A stretch of DNA of 23,367 nucleotides from an uncultured delta proteobacterium. GTDB taxonomy: Bacteria; Desulfobacterota; Binatia; UBA9968. Below, piece by piece: positions 8,404 to 18,389 of the stretch. The DNA is taken from the NCBI GenBank assembly GCA_963755715.1, contig CAVWLW010000019.1, forward strand, positions 1 through 23,367. The letters are read 5' to 3'. Within the stretch, counting starts at the first letter, position 1; each line of letters begins with the position of its first letter. The position numbers and the translations under genes were made by a program. The notes below the pieces were generated by a model that did not search any database, had not been told where the DNA came from, and saw nothing but the letters and a program-made list of their open reading frames with translations.

Positions 8404-10669
8404 ATGATAGTCGGCGCTTCCACTCCACGCATCGACGGCATCGAAAAGGTGACCGGAGAAGCCATGTTCACCGGCGATCTCGCTATTCCCGGAATACTCG
8501 AAGCCAAAGTTTTGCGCAGTCCGCTGCCCCATGCGCTGATCGAATCGATCGATACAAGTAAGGCCGAGTCATTCCCCGGCGTCATCGCGATTCTAACTCG
8601 TGACGATCTGAAAGACATCGATCCCTATTATGGCAACTGCCTGCGCGACCGCGCCGTCGTCGCGACGGACCGGGTGCGTTTTGTCGGTGAGCCGGTTGCT
8701 GTCGTCGCGGCTGAAAACGCGCTCGTCGCCGAGGAAGCGCTGTCGCTAATCGACGTTGAGTATCACGAATTATCGTGTGTGCTCGATATGGATGCGGCGC
8801 TTGCGGAAGGGGCGCCGCGCTTGCACGACAAAGTCGCAAACAGCGGGGAGTTTCACGACGTCGCCGGGGTCGGCGCTGAGTTCGGCGGCAACATTTGTCA
8901 CCGCGAGCAATTCGTCAAAGGGAATCCGAACACGCAATTTAACGGTGCCGAGGAGATCATCGAAGAAACTTTCGAATTTCCGATGGTCTGCCAGTATGCG
9001 ATGGAACCGCATACGGCGATCGCGCGCGTCACTCATGATGGCATCACGCTATGGAGCTCGTCGGCGCATCCTTTTTTGGTTCGCTCGGAGATCGCGCATA
9101 TGTTCCACCTGCCGCACGCAAAAGTGGAAGTCATCGTGCCCTTTGTCGGCGGCGCTTACGGTAGCAAATCCTATTTCAAAATCGAACCGCTGGTCGTCGC
9201 CATGGCGCGCAAAACCGCCGGCCGCCCGGTGCGAGTCGTCCAGAGCGTAAGCGAATCCATGCTCACGACACGCCGCCATTCGGCGCGGGTGAGGATCAAG
9301 ACCGGAGTGAAGCGGAACGGAACTTTGGTTGCCCGCGAAGCGGAAGTTTCGCTCGATACCGGCGCCTATGCCGACAATGGTCCGCGGGTGGCGAAGCGCG
9401 CGATCAGCCGCATGATCGGCCCGTACAAGCTCGAGCACTGCAAAGTCGACGTGCTAGCGCTTTACACCAACACGGTTCCGGCCGGATCGATGCGTTCGAT
9501 CGGCGGGCCGCAAACCATCTGGGCGTTGGAATCGCACATGGACACGATCGCCGCTCGCCTCGGTATCGATCCACTGGAGTTTCGCCGGCGCAATCTGTTG
9601 CGCCGCGGCGAGGTGCTGAAACCCGGCGCGACACCGATCGATGCCGACTTATGCCAGGGAATGAATGCTGCCGCGCAATCGTTGAACTGGACCGTTGCGA
9701 CGGCCGCACCGAAACAGCGGCGCAGGTGTCGCCGTCGGTGTTTCGGACTCGGAAGCGATGCCTGTTTCGGTCGCCTTGGTGCGTTTGCTCGCCGACGGCA
9801 GCGTGATATTGATCGCCGGCACCACCGAAGTCGGCCAAGGCGCGCGCACGATCCTTTGCCAGATCGTCGCGCAAGAATTGTCGGTACCCGTCGGCAGAGT
9901 CTCGATGCGCGGAACCGATACGCTGGCGACGCCTTTCGATCGTTCCACCGGCGCGAGCCGCTCGACTACGGTCATGGGCAGCGCCGTGAAGGCGGCAACC
10001 GAAGATCTACGCCGGCAGTTGATTGACGCCGCGGCCGAGGTTCTTGATACCAGCCCGAACACGATTACGTTACACAACGGAGAAGTCGTCTCCAGCGAGA
10101 AGCGTTTGAGCTATGGAAAAATCGTCGGCGCATACTTCGGCATGCCCGGCGGAGAATTAATCGGCCGCGGCTATATGCGACCCGGAGCGGGTTTGGGTTC
10201 GACATTTCCTTTGTTTTGGGAAACTGGCATGGGCGGTGCCGAAATCAACGTCGATCTTGAGACCGGCGAAATCACACTTGAGAAATACGTAACCGTGGCC
10301 GATGTGGGCACGGCAATTAATCCGCAACAAGCGGAAGGGCAGGACGAAGGCGCGGCGATTCAAGGATTAGGGCACACTCTGTTCGAGTCGCTGGTCTATG
10401 AGAACGGTCAACCTCTCAATGCCGGCCTGATCGATTATCGCGTGCCGCGCTTCGCCGATTTGCCGGAGCAATTTGACTCGAAATTAATCGAGAACGAAGA
10501 TGGCCCGGGGCCCTACGGCGCCAAAGGCATGGGCGAATCCGGCATCGTTTCCGTCGCGCCGGCAGTGGGCAACGCGCTTTATCGCGCGACCGGCAAAAGA
10601 ATCCGAGAATTGCCACTGACGCCTGAAAGAGTGTGGCGTGCTTTGCGCAATGATAAGCGAGACGAATGA
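8404..10669 (+). CDS. Xanthine dehydrogenase/CoxL-family molybdopterin-binding large subunit, frameshift near 9710-9720
   Basis: PRIDGIEKVTG, LRSPLPHA, VRFVGEPVA, AMEPH, VGGAYGSK, MRSIGGPQ in ORF 8404; GTTEVGQGART, ADVGTAINP..EGQDEG, GPYGAKGMGES, IRELPLTPERV in ORF 9695-10669. Together they make one ~755-aa subunit. Confidence 0.92.
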
Positions 10670-10670
10670 C

Positions 10671-11948
10671 ATGGAGAAGAACGCGGATTTTGAAAAAATC
10701 ATCAAAGCCATCGACGCGCAAAAAAGCGATTTGGTCGAGCTTTGTCTGCAACTCGGCAACACGCCGAGCCATCATGCTAAAGAGCGCCGGCTTGGCGAGG
10801 CGGTTCTCCAATGGCTCGCTGCCGCAGATATCAAAGGCGAATTGCAGTTTATCACCGACGAAAGCGTCAACGCCGTAGCGACGCTCCCTGGCGCCGGCGA
10901 CGGCAAGAGCTTGATCTGGAATGCGCATATGGACACCGGTCCTGAGCTGGGTCCGGATGCGACTGAGGACGAGAAGAAGCTCGAAACCGCCTGGGTCGAC
11001 GGCGACATGCTGTTCGGCAAGGGCATGATTAACGATAAAGCACAGCTCTGCGCTTTCATGATCGCCATGCGCGCCATCAAGCAATGCGGCATCAAGCTCA
11101 AAGGCGATCTAACGCTCACCGCTGTGGCTTTTGAGACCGGCGATCCTTCGGTCGGTGCTCAGCAAGGGATCAATTTTCCCGGCGAGGGCTTCGGCACGAA
11201 ATGGGTCGTGGATCGGGGCGTGGTGGCAGACTACGCATTGGTCGGCGAGACTTCTGGCTTTGGCATCGTGCAAGCCGAGTGCGGCGCTGCCTGGATCAAG
11301 GTTCGCATCAAAGGCAGGGAGGTTTACACGCCGCGGTTGGAACGAGGAAATTCGGTCCAGGAAAATCCCAACGCGTTCGTCAAAGCGGCCCATGCCATCA
11401 TGGCCATCGAAAAATGGGCCGTCGAATACGAAAAACGTGAGACCATGGAATTTGCCGGCGGCACGATCATTCCCAAGGCGCAGATCGTCGAGGTTCGTGG
11501 CAGCGAGAAGGTCAGTCGTCCGAATCCCTTCTGCGATATTTTTATCGACGTGCGCATCGTGCCCGGCAAGAACCCCAACGCGATCAAGCAGGAAATCGCC
11601 GCTACGGTTAAAGGATTGAATCTCGACTGCCAGGTATCGTTGTTTCAGTACTCCAGAGGATTCATCGCGCAGCATGCGGAACCATTGATCGGCGCCGTCA
11701 TTGCAGCGCACCGATACATCTTCGGCGCGGAACCGCCGGCGCCGCCGTCGGCCGAAACCAGCATGTGGCGCGATCTAAATGTCTTCAACGAAGTCGGGAT
11801 TCCGTCCGTTTGTTACGGTCCGCCGCGCCAGCGCGAACCACTAAGCGGCGCGGGCAATCGCGCGATGAAAATTGCCGATCTGGTGCAGGCGACCAAAGTC
11901 TACGCGCTGACGGCGATGGATCTCTGCGGTGTTGAGGAGGCCGTGTGA
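10671..11948 (+). CDS. M20 family (ArgE/DapE-like) metallo-hydrolase with atypical active-site residues
   Basis: LIWNAHMDT, LFGKGMINDKA, LKGDL.LTAVAFET, ALVGET, AWIKVRIKG, DVRIVPG, GIPSVCYGP. The ATG is 1 nt after the upstream stop. Confidence 0.85.
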   Translation: MEKNADFEKIIKAIDAQKSDLVELCLQLGNTPSHHAKERRLGEAVLQWLAAADIKGELQFITDESVNAVATLPGAGDGKSLIWNAHMDTGPELGPDATEDEKKLETAWVDGDMLFGKGMINDKAQLCAFMIAMRAIKQCGIKLKGDLTLTAVAFETGDPSVGAQQGINFPGEGFGTKWVVDRGVVADYALVGETSGFGIVQAECGAAWIKVRIKGREVYTPRLERGNSVQENPNAFVKAAHAIMAIEKWAVEYEKRETMEFAGGTIIPKAQIVEVRGSEKVSRPNPFCDIFIDVRIVPGKNPNAIKQEIAATVKGLNLDCQVSLFQYSRGFIAQHAEPLIGAVIAAHRYIFGAEPPAPPSAETSMWRDLNVFNEVGIPSVCYGPPRQREPLSGAGNRAMKIADLVQATKVYALTAMDLCGVEEAV

Positions 11949-12937
11949 CCCGAACTCTTCGATTCCTCATGCTGTCAGCATTGATATCCTATGTCGGGGT
12001 CGACCGAGTCATCGCAGAGCCGCTGCGAGTTGGCATTCCCGGCCTGAGCGCCGAGTTCGCGCCTGTTTGGGCGGCCAACGATCGGGGGCTGCTAAAAAAA
12101 TACGGCTTTGAAAGCGAAATCATTGCCATGCAGGGCGGCACACAGCTCGCCCAGGCGGTTATCGGCGCCAGCATTCCCATCGCCGTCATGGGCGGCGCTT
12201 ACCTTACCGCGGCGGTGCGTGGCGCGGATTTGGTCATGATCGCCACTCATATGGACAAGTTTCCCTATTCGTTGATCGTCAAGCCGAACATCAAGAAAGT
12301 CGAGGATCTCAAAGGAACCAAGTTGGCGATCAGCCGCTTTGGCTCGTCCAGCGATGCCGGTTTGCGTGTGGCGCTGCAAAAACTGGGTTTGAATCCGGAT
12401 AAAGACGTGACGATTCTTCAAGTCGGTGGTCAGACCGAACGATTCGCCGCTTTAAAAGGGGGAACCGTCGATGGGACTGTTGTGATTCCGCCCCTTAGCG
12501 GAGCGGCCCAGCGACTGGGCTACAACGCTCTCATCAACATGACCGAATTGGGCATTCCCTATCCGCAGGAAGGCGTCGTCGTGAGCCGGCAAATGATCGG
12601 GTCTCGTCGGGAGACCATCATCCGATTCTTGAAGGCATACATCGAGGGTGTAAAGGAACTGAAGACCGATAAGGAGTTCGCCATCGCCGTGATGGCGAAG
12701 CATCTTCGCTTAGATCGAAAGAAAGATCGCGAAGCGCTGGAGGATAGTTTTAAGGAAGTGGTGATCGAGCAAATGCTTAAAATTCCCAGCATCAATCTGG
12801 AGGCGATCAAAGTCGGGTTGGATTTGCTGGGTAAAGATAAACCGGCGAGAGCTTCGAGCAATCCGCGAGACTATGTTGACGGCACTCTGATGCAGGAGCT
12901 GGTCAAAAGCGGATTTACCGAGCAGTTGTATAAGTGA
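11945..12937 (+). CDS. ABC-type substrate-binding protein, SsuA/TauA/NMT1 (THI5-like) family
   Basis: Signal peptide, PVWAANDRGLLKKYG, IKKVEDLKGTKLAISRFGSSSD, GLNPDKDVTILQVG..ERFAAL. GTGA overlap with the M20 stop. Confidence 0.88.
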   Translation: MTRTLRFLMLSALISYVGVDRVIAEPLRVGIPGLSAEFAPVWAANDRGLLKKYGFESEIIAMQGGTQLAQAVIGASIPIAVMGGAYLTAAVRGADLVMIATHMDKFPYSLIVKPNIKKVEDLKGTKLAISRFGSSSDAGLRVALQKLGLNPDKDVTILQVGGQTERFAALKGGTVDGTVVIPPLSGAAQRLGYNALINMTELGIPYPQEGVVVSRQMIGSRRETIIRFLKAYIEGVKELKTDKEFAIAVMAKHLRLDRKKDREALEDSFKEVVIEQMLKIPSINLEAIKVGLDLLGKDKPARASSNPRDYVDGTLMQELVKSGFTEQLYK

Positions 12938-13077
12938 GAAGCCTCAGGTGGACTCTCGTTCGAAAAATAGCGCCGAGCCAAGGCTAGGACGACCAAAGGC
13001 AGTGTTTGTTATCGTCCAGGCTGAAAAGAAAATGCGATCGGTGAAGATCGAGTGGCATCGTTATCAGGAGTAGCGCC

Positions 13078-14085
13078 GTGAAATTTTGCCTCCAGCTCAA
13101 TCCCCAGGTTGCCGTCGACAAGCCGGCCGCGTCACTGTTGCCGACGTTGACCGAACAGGTGCGGATCGCCGACGCCGTTGGCTTCGACGCATTTTCCATG
13201 GGCGATCATTACAACATTCCGGGTTTACAACGGCTCAACCAGGTGCCGGCGCTCGCGCGTTTGTGCGCGGAGGCGAAAAACTGCGCGGTCGGGACAGCCG
13301 TGATGTTGCTCGGCCTGCGTCATCCAGTAACCGTCGCGAGCGAATTGGCGAGTCTCGACGTGCTCAGCGGCGGCAAATCCTTTGCCGCATTCGGTCTGGG
13401 CTACCGCGACGAAGAGCTAAACGCATTCAATTTGACCAAGAAGCAGCGCTTTGTTCGTTTCGTCGAGGGCATCGAGATTATCAAAAAGCTCTGGACCGAA
13501 GACCGAGTCAGCTACGACGGAGAAGCATTCAAGCTTAAAGACGTCAGCGTCGATCCTAAGCCTTTGCAGAAACCACGGCCGCCGATCTGGATCGCCGCCA
13601 ATACCGATGCTGCGGTAAGACGCGCGGCGCAAATCGGCGACGGCTGGATGATCGGGCCGCACTCCGCCATCGACGAGCTGCAACGGCAGGTCGTGCTCTG
13701 TCGCGACTCCTGGAGCGCCGCAGGCAAGCCTGGGCAACCGGCGATACCCATCATCCGTGAAACGTTTGTGGCCGACACTAGAGAAGAAGCGGTAAGCAAG
13801 GCGCGCCCCTGCTTAGAGCAGCTCTATCGCGCAATCTACGTCAAATGGAAGCAAAACGAAGCGATGAATGACCCGAACGAATTAAGCTGGGCCTTTGACA
13901 AGCTGGCCAAGGGCCGCTTCATTCTCGGTTCGCCCGAGGAATGCATTGACCAGATTCACGAATATGAAGAGCGTTTGGGAATTGCATACATGCTGCCCCG
14001 CTTCGACTGGACGCCGGGCTTGCCTCAGGATGAGATTCTCGCTTCCATGCGCCGGTTCGGCGAAAAAGTGATACAGAAACTTTAG
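13078..14085 (+). CDS. LLM-class (luciferase-like) flavin- or F420-dependent oxidoreductase
   Basis: ADAVGFD..SMGDHY, VGTAVMLL..RHPVTVASELASLDVLSGG, GLGYR..E, PKPLQKPRPPIWIA, AVRRAAQIGDGW, ILGSPEECI; AGGAG RBS before GTG. Confidence 0.92.
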   Translation: MKFCLQLNPQVAVDKPAASLLPTLTEQVRIADAVGFDAFSMGDHYNIPGLQRLNQVPALARLCAEAKNCAVGTAVMLLGLRHPVTVASELASLDVLSGGKSFAAFGLGYRDEELNAFNLTKKQRFVRFVEGIEIIKKLWTEDRVSYDGEAFKLKDVSVDPKPLQKPRPPIWIAANTDAAVRRAAQIGDGWMIGPHSAIDELQRQVVLCRDSWSAAGKPGQPAIPIIRETFVADTREEAVSKARPCLEQLYRAIYVKWKQNEAMNDPNELSWAFDKLAKGRFILGSPEECIDQIHEYEERLGIAYMLPRFDWTPGLPQDEILASMRRFGEKVIQKL

Positions 14086-14109
14086 GCCCCAATCCAAAGG
14101 AGGACAGTA

Positions 14110-15060
14110 ATGAGACGAACCTTGGCAATGCTCGTGATAACGCTCCTGTTGTGTGGCGTGGTTCCATCCAAGAGCGCTGCAAAAATCGTAGTCGGGCTAT
14201 CTTCCGTGAACGTGGCCTTTTTGCCTGTCTACGTTACCGAAGCTAAAGGTTTCTTCAAAGACGAAGGGCTCGACGTTTTGCTGGTTCTATTCAACGCCGG
14301 CGCAACTAATTTGCAGGCGCTCATCGGCGGCGACGTGCAAATCATGGGCAGCGCTTTCGTCGAAACCATCGGCGGACGGGCCGCAGGCATCGACGTGAAA
14401 AATTTCTGGGGAGTCTCCAACCTCATGCCGTTCCAGCTTTACTCGCAGCCGGACTTCAAATCGATGAAGCAGGCCAAAGGCAAACGGTTTGCGATCAGCC
14501 GTTTCGGTTCGCTGACTGATTTCCTCACTCGCGCCACGCTGCGTCACTTCGGTGTCGATGAAAAGGAGGTGACAATTCTCCAGATCGGCAGCACGCCGGC
14601 GCGCTTCGCAGCATTGAGCGCCAAAGGCGTGGACGCTTCGGTGGTATGGTTTCCGGTGACTGAAATCGCCAAATCGCAAGGATACAATAAGCTTCTCGAC
14701 TTGAAGGAAATCTTTCCGGAATGGCCGTATGAGACTCTTGCCGCTCGGGAGTCCTACTTGGCCAAAGAGAAAGATCAGGTGGTAAAATTTCTTCGCGCCT
14801 ACCAGAAAGGCGTCAAGTATACCCGCGACAACAAGGGTGAGGCGGTGAGAATCATGCAAAAATACGTCAAGATGGATCCCGTCTATGCTCCAGCCGGTTA
14901 CGACGAATATCGCGAATCGTTCCCGGTCAACGGCCAGATCGCCGAGAAGGCGATCCCGGTCGTCATCGATGAGGAGTTCCGCGCCGGCAGAATCAAAAAG
15001 AAAGTGACTTTGGAAGATATGATTGACCGCTCGTTTATATCTATGGTAGGCGGGAAATAG
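14110..15060 (+). CDS. ABC-type substrate-binding protein, SsuA/TauA/NMT1 family
   Basis: Signal peptide, LPVYVTEAKGFFKDEGLDV, KGKRFAISRFGSLTD, EVTILQIG..ARFAAL; AGGAGG RBS. Confidence 0.88.
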   Translation: MRRTLAMLVITLLLCGVVPSKSAAKIVVGLSSVNVAFLPVYVTEAKGFFKDEGLDVLLVLFNAGATNLQALIGGDVQIMGSAFVETIGGRAAGIDVKNFWGVSNLMPFQLYSQPDFKSMKQAKGKRFAISRFGSLTDFLTRATLRHFGVDEKEVTILQIGSTPARFAALSAKGVDASVVWFPVTEIAKSQGYNKLLDLKEIFPEWPYETLAARESYLAKEKDQVVKFLRAYQKGVKYTRDNKGEAVRIMQKYVKMDPVYAPAGYDEYRESFPVNGQIAEKAIPVVIDEEFRAGRIKKKVTLEDMIDRSFISMVGGK

Positions 15061-15087
15061 ATTAAACCCGGGCAGAAGGAGGATTCT

Positions 15088-16182
15088 ATGATTATCGATC
15101 TGGATTCCCATTTGCGTGAAGGTTACTTCATGGATGAAGTTTATAATCTCCCCGAGCCTTATGCGCGCTTCACGCCGCAAAAAGCCGGCGAAGGCAGAAA
15201 TCATAATACCAAGTGGATTCATCAACTCGATCCTGGCGATCCCCAGGGCCGCGCGGCGCATCGCCATCCTTACATTTACGATCCCAAGGTGAACTGGCGC
15301 AACGGTGAGATTGCGGCGCGCCAGATCGCCGGCCACGACATGGAGTTTCGCTTTAACGATATCAAGAAGGAAGGTCTCGATAAGCAGATCCTCTTTCCCA
15401 CGGGCATCAACGTCGCCACGGAAAACGTCGGCGGCTTGGGACTTGCTTGCGCGCAAGGGTACAACAACTGGGTCAAGAAACTCGTCAAAGGGCATGAAGA
15501 TGTATTTCTGCCGGTCGCCATGGCGCCGGCCGGCTGTCCGGAAGAAATGGCCAATGAGCTGCGCCGTTGCGTGAAGGAGCTCGGATTCAAGGCGTCCCAT
15601 CTCGTGCCTTATATTGGCAGACGCAACGTCGATCATCCGAGTTTTTATCCGTATTACCAGACGGCGGAAGAGTTAGGCGTACCGCTTTTCTGTCATCCCA
15701 ACAGCAACGGCGACTTGACCGATCGCTTCGATAATTTTTTCAAGACGCATGTGCTCGGCCGCGTGATGAATTGCACCCCGGCTTTAGTAGCGCTAGTGCT
15801 CGGCGGCGTTTTTGAAATGTTTCCCAAGCTCAAAGTGGCGTTCTTCGAGTGCAGCGCCGAGTGGCCGCTTTACTGGATGCACCGCATGGACGACGACTGG
15901 GAATGGGCGAAGGATTTTCCGCAGATCTCCGGCCAGCTCAAGATGCCGCCGTCGGAATACGTCAAACGCAACTGCTACGTCACGTGCGAAGCCGACGAAG
16001 GCGATATGAGTCAATCGCTCAAGGAAGTCGGCGAAGATCATATTTTGATGGCCACCGACTATCCGCACTTCGATTCGGAATTTCCGCACACGGTTTCGGG
16101 AATCATGGAACGATCGGATTTGACCAAGCGCCAGAAAGAAAAGATCTGTGGTGAGAACGCGGCAAAACTGCTCAATCTATAA
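15088..16182 (+). CDS. Amidohydrolase family 2 (ACMSD/LigW-like TIM barrel)
   Basis: MIIDLDSHL, QILFPT, YNNW, ELRRCVKELGF, AEELGVPLFCHP, GGVFEMFPKLKVAFFE, ATDYPHFD, KICGENAAKL; AGGAGG RBS. Confidence 0.92.
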   Translation: MIIDLDSHLREGYFMDEVYNLPEPYARFTPQKAGEGRNHNTKWIHQLDPGDPQGRAAHRHPYIYDPKVNWRNGEIAARQIAGHDMEFRFNDIKKEGLDKQILFPTGINVATENVGGLGLACAQGYNNWVKKLVKGHEDVFLPVAMAPAGCPEEMANELRRCVKELGFKASHLVPYIGRRNVDHPSFYPYYQTAEELGVPLFCHPNSNGDLTDRFDNFFKTHVLGRVMNCTPALVALVLGGVFEMFPKLKVAFFECSAEWPLYWMHRMDDDWEWAKDFPQISGQLKMPPSEYVKRNCYVTCEADEGDMSQSLKEVGEDHILMATDYPHFDSEFPHTVSGIMERSDLTKRQKEKICGENAAKLLNL

Positions 16183-16208
16183 TTAAGTTCAATCGAGCGG
16201 CTTTCATC

Positions 16209-16252
16209 AAGCGCCTGCGCGGCTTTTTAACGCTGACAGGCGCTTTCTGTTT
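16209..16252. terminator. Candidate terminator hairpin between convergent genes
   Basis: AAGCGCCTG (16209-16217) pairs with CAGGCGCTT (16237-16245), followed by TCTGTTT. Confidence 0.4.
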
Positions 16253-16286
16253 AAGGCACGGGAATGATGGAATCCGAACAACAAAC

Positions 16287-16355
16287 GAACCTGGATGCCG
16301 GCGTTCGCCGGCATGACGAATTCTCGCCTTTGCGTGAAGGCGGGAGATTTCAACC
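16287..16355. repeat. REP-like hairpin plus trailing hairpin, sibling of 3332-3413
   Basis: GAACCTGGATGCCGGCGTTCGCCGGCATGACGA followed by TCTCGCCTT..GAAGGCGGGAGA. Confidence 0.7.
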
Positions 16356-16385
16356 GGGAGAGAGACATTAAAGCCGAGCACGGCG

Positions 16386-17350
16386 CTATTTAATCAGCCC
16401 CGCCTTCTTGGCGATCTGCTCGACGGCGCGATGTTCTTCGCGGATTTCTGCAATTAGCTTTTCAGGGGGCTCGTAGTCGGCGACCATTCCCAGGTTTGCT
16501 AACCGGGAGCCGACTGCCGGGTCTTTCATGACTTTCTCGAGTGCAGCGATCAGCGTCTTCGATACCTCAGAGGACACCCCCGCCGGCGCGAAGAGCGCTG
16601 ACCAAACGCCGAGCAGGTTCTGTTTATACCCCAATTGAGTCAATGTTGGGATCTGAGGAAACTCAGGCATCTTGGTCGATGCGACAATTCCTCTCATGGT
16701 TCCGGCTTTCAGGTGTTCGGCCACGACGCCTTGAGCGGCGGCAGCGCCTTCAATATGACCGCCCAGAGCAGCAGTTACCGCCGGGCCGGCGCCCTTGAAC
16801 GGTATCATCGTCATATCGGCGCCGGTAAGCGAGTTGACGATCTCGACGGTAAAATGACCGACCGATCCGGGCCCGACGGTACCGATGCGGACGTTGCCCG
16901 GATTTTTCTTGCCGTACTCGGCCATCTCGGCGAAATTCTTGAACGGCGCGTTGCTGTTGACGGCAAGAATAATTGGCGTGCGCGCCACGAGTCCGAGGGC
17001 GATCAGATCTTTGAATGGGTCGTAGGGAACGGTCTCAGGTGTAAGAATCCGATTGTAGATGAGTGATGCGTTGTTGGTGATGAGGATTGTGTAGCCGTCT
17101 TTGGGCGCCTTCACCGCGCTGTCGGTGCCTACCGTGCCGCCTCCGCCCGGTTTGTTGATCGCCACAACCGGCACCTTGAGCAGCTTGGACAGCCCTTCGC
17201 CGATCGTGCGTCCCGCCACATCCGTGGCATCGCCGGGAGCGAGGGGAATCAACAGATTGATCGCTTGCTTCGGATAACTTTGGGCGTGCACATTCATCGG
17301 AGAAAAGATAATACCGCATACGCAAGCAGGGTCGCGATCATTCGGATCAT
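16386..17350 (-). CDS. Tripartite tricarboxylate transporter substrate-binding protein (Bug/TctC), frameshift in the signal peptide near 17303
   Basis: QSYPKQAINLLIPLAPGDATD, NKPGGGGTVG, APKDGYT, IPFKGAGPAVTAALGGHI, PTLTQLG. AGGAG + ATG at 17350 gives MIRMIATLLAYAVLSF, which joins MNVHAQ with a single indel. Confidence 0.9.
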
Positions 17351-17360
17351 TAAAGCTCCT

Positions 17361-18389
17361 TTAGCGAAGAAGTTCTGTGCCCCAGATCTCTTTCAAAAAA
17401 CCGCTCTTGTTTAAATCTTCAGCGAAACGGTTGTCGATCATCTCCACCGCTTTGCGGCGCACGTTGGTGCCTTGCTCGCGCGCCACCTCGATCACGCCGG
17501 CAACCGTGCTTTCCGGCACGATCAAGCGGCGGTTGACGAGCAATTTTGCATAAGCATCGTACGCCGACTGCAACGCGTCGGCATCGTTGAGCTTGAGTGC
17601 TTTACTCACGGCGGCTGTGCCTTTGTCGGGATTTTTCTCGACGAAATGGATCGATTCCGCCAGCGCTGCAACCCACTTTTGGGCCACGGTCGAACGCTCC
17701 TTCAGCGTCTTGGCGTTGGTGTGTAGCGAACTGTAAACCGCCGGAAGGCCGAGATCGTTCAGACGATAAACCACATTGAAGCCATTACGTCGCCCGCGAA
17801 CGTCGAGCGGCGGCGTCACTAGAGCGGCTTCCGCGATGCCGGCTTGCATGGCGTTGAAAGGTTCTACCTGCCCGGTGCCGCCGACGGTGCGGATGCTCAC
17901 GTCAGTCTCGCTGAGGTTGAATTTCTTGAGCATTGCGCGCGCCAGCCGGAAGGTCAGATCACCTGGACGCGTCACTGCGATGCTTTTGCCTTTCAGGTCT
18001 TCGACGCGTTTGATGTCTTTTCGCGCCAGCATCACCCACGGCAAGCCGACGAGCGGAGCGGCGATGAGCTTGGCGTCGCTGCCTGCCGCCATGCCGGGTA
18101 TCGTCGCATCGGCGGCGCAATAAAGAAATTGAATCTCGTCAGCGGCCAACGCCGCTAATGCAACGCCGCTGCCGCGGATTGACACGAATTCGACCTTCAT
18201 ACCGTATTTATCGAACAGACCGTAATCGAGCGCGGCATATAAATGAATAAAGCCACCGGTAATAGCACAAGCCGCGACGCGCACCGTCGCCGGTATTTCG
18301 CCCGGCTTTGCTAAGTAAGGATTGCCGCGAGCAGAAGCAGCTAGCGCCAAAAAGAACAGAATCACTCCTACGCCTGAAAGATTTTTCAT
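17361..18389 (-). CDS. ABC-type substrate-binding protein, SsuA/TauA/NMT1 family
   Basis: Signal peptide MKNLSGVGVILFFLALAASARG with GGGAG upstream of ATG 18389; LYAALDYGLFDKYG, IKRVEDLKGKSIAVTRPG, IDNRFAEDL.KSGF. Confidence 0.87.
   Translation of the reverse strand: MKNLSGVGVILFFLALAASARGNPYLAKPGEIPATVRVAACAITGGFIHLYAALDYGLFDKYGMKVEFVSIRGSGVALAALAADEIQFLYCAADATIPGMAAGSDAKLIAAPLVGLPWVMLARKDIKRVEDLKGKSIAVTRPGDLTFRLARAMLKKFNLSETDVSIRTVGGTGQVEPFNAMQAGIAEAALVTPPLDVRGRRNGFNVVYRLNDLGLPAVYSSLHTNAKTLKERSTVAQKWVAALAESIHFVEKNPDKGTAAVSKALKLNDADALQSAYDAYAKLLVNRRLIVPESTVAGVIEVAREQGTNVRRKAVEMIDNRFAEDLNKSGFLKEIWGTELLR

Noticed and set aside
9695-10026. Mo-hydroxylase as two separate overlapping subunit genes
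   Set aside because: The second ORF lacks a convincing start and the first has a junk tail; one indel gives a single standard-length subunit.
12986-13018. Imperfect hairpin GGACGA...TCGTCC upstream of the LLM gene as a riboswitch or terminator
   Set aside because: Weak stem, no U-tract and no recognisable aptamer consensus.
14287-15636. 449-aa minus-strand ORF, plus other long antisense ORFs (7374-8177, 10416-11084, 11109-11711, 21179-21817)
   Set aside because: Antisense shadows of well-supported genes, common in GC-rich DNA, with no recognisable motifs.
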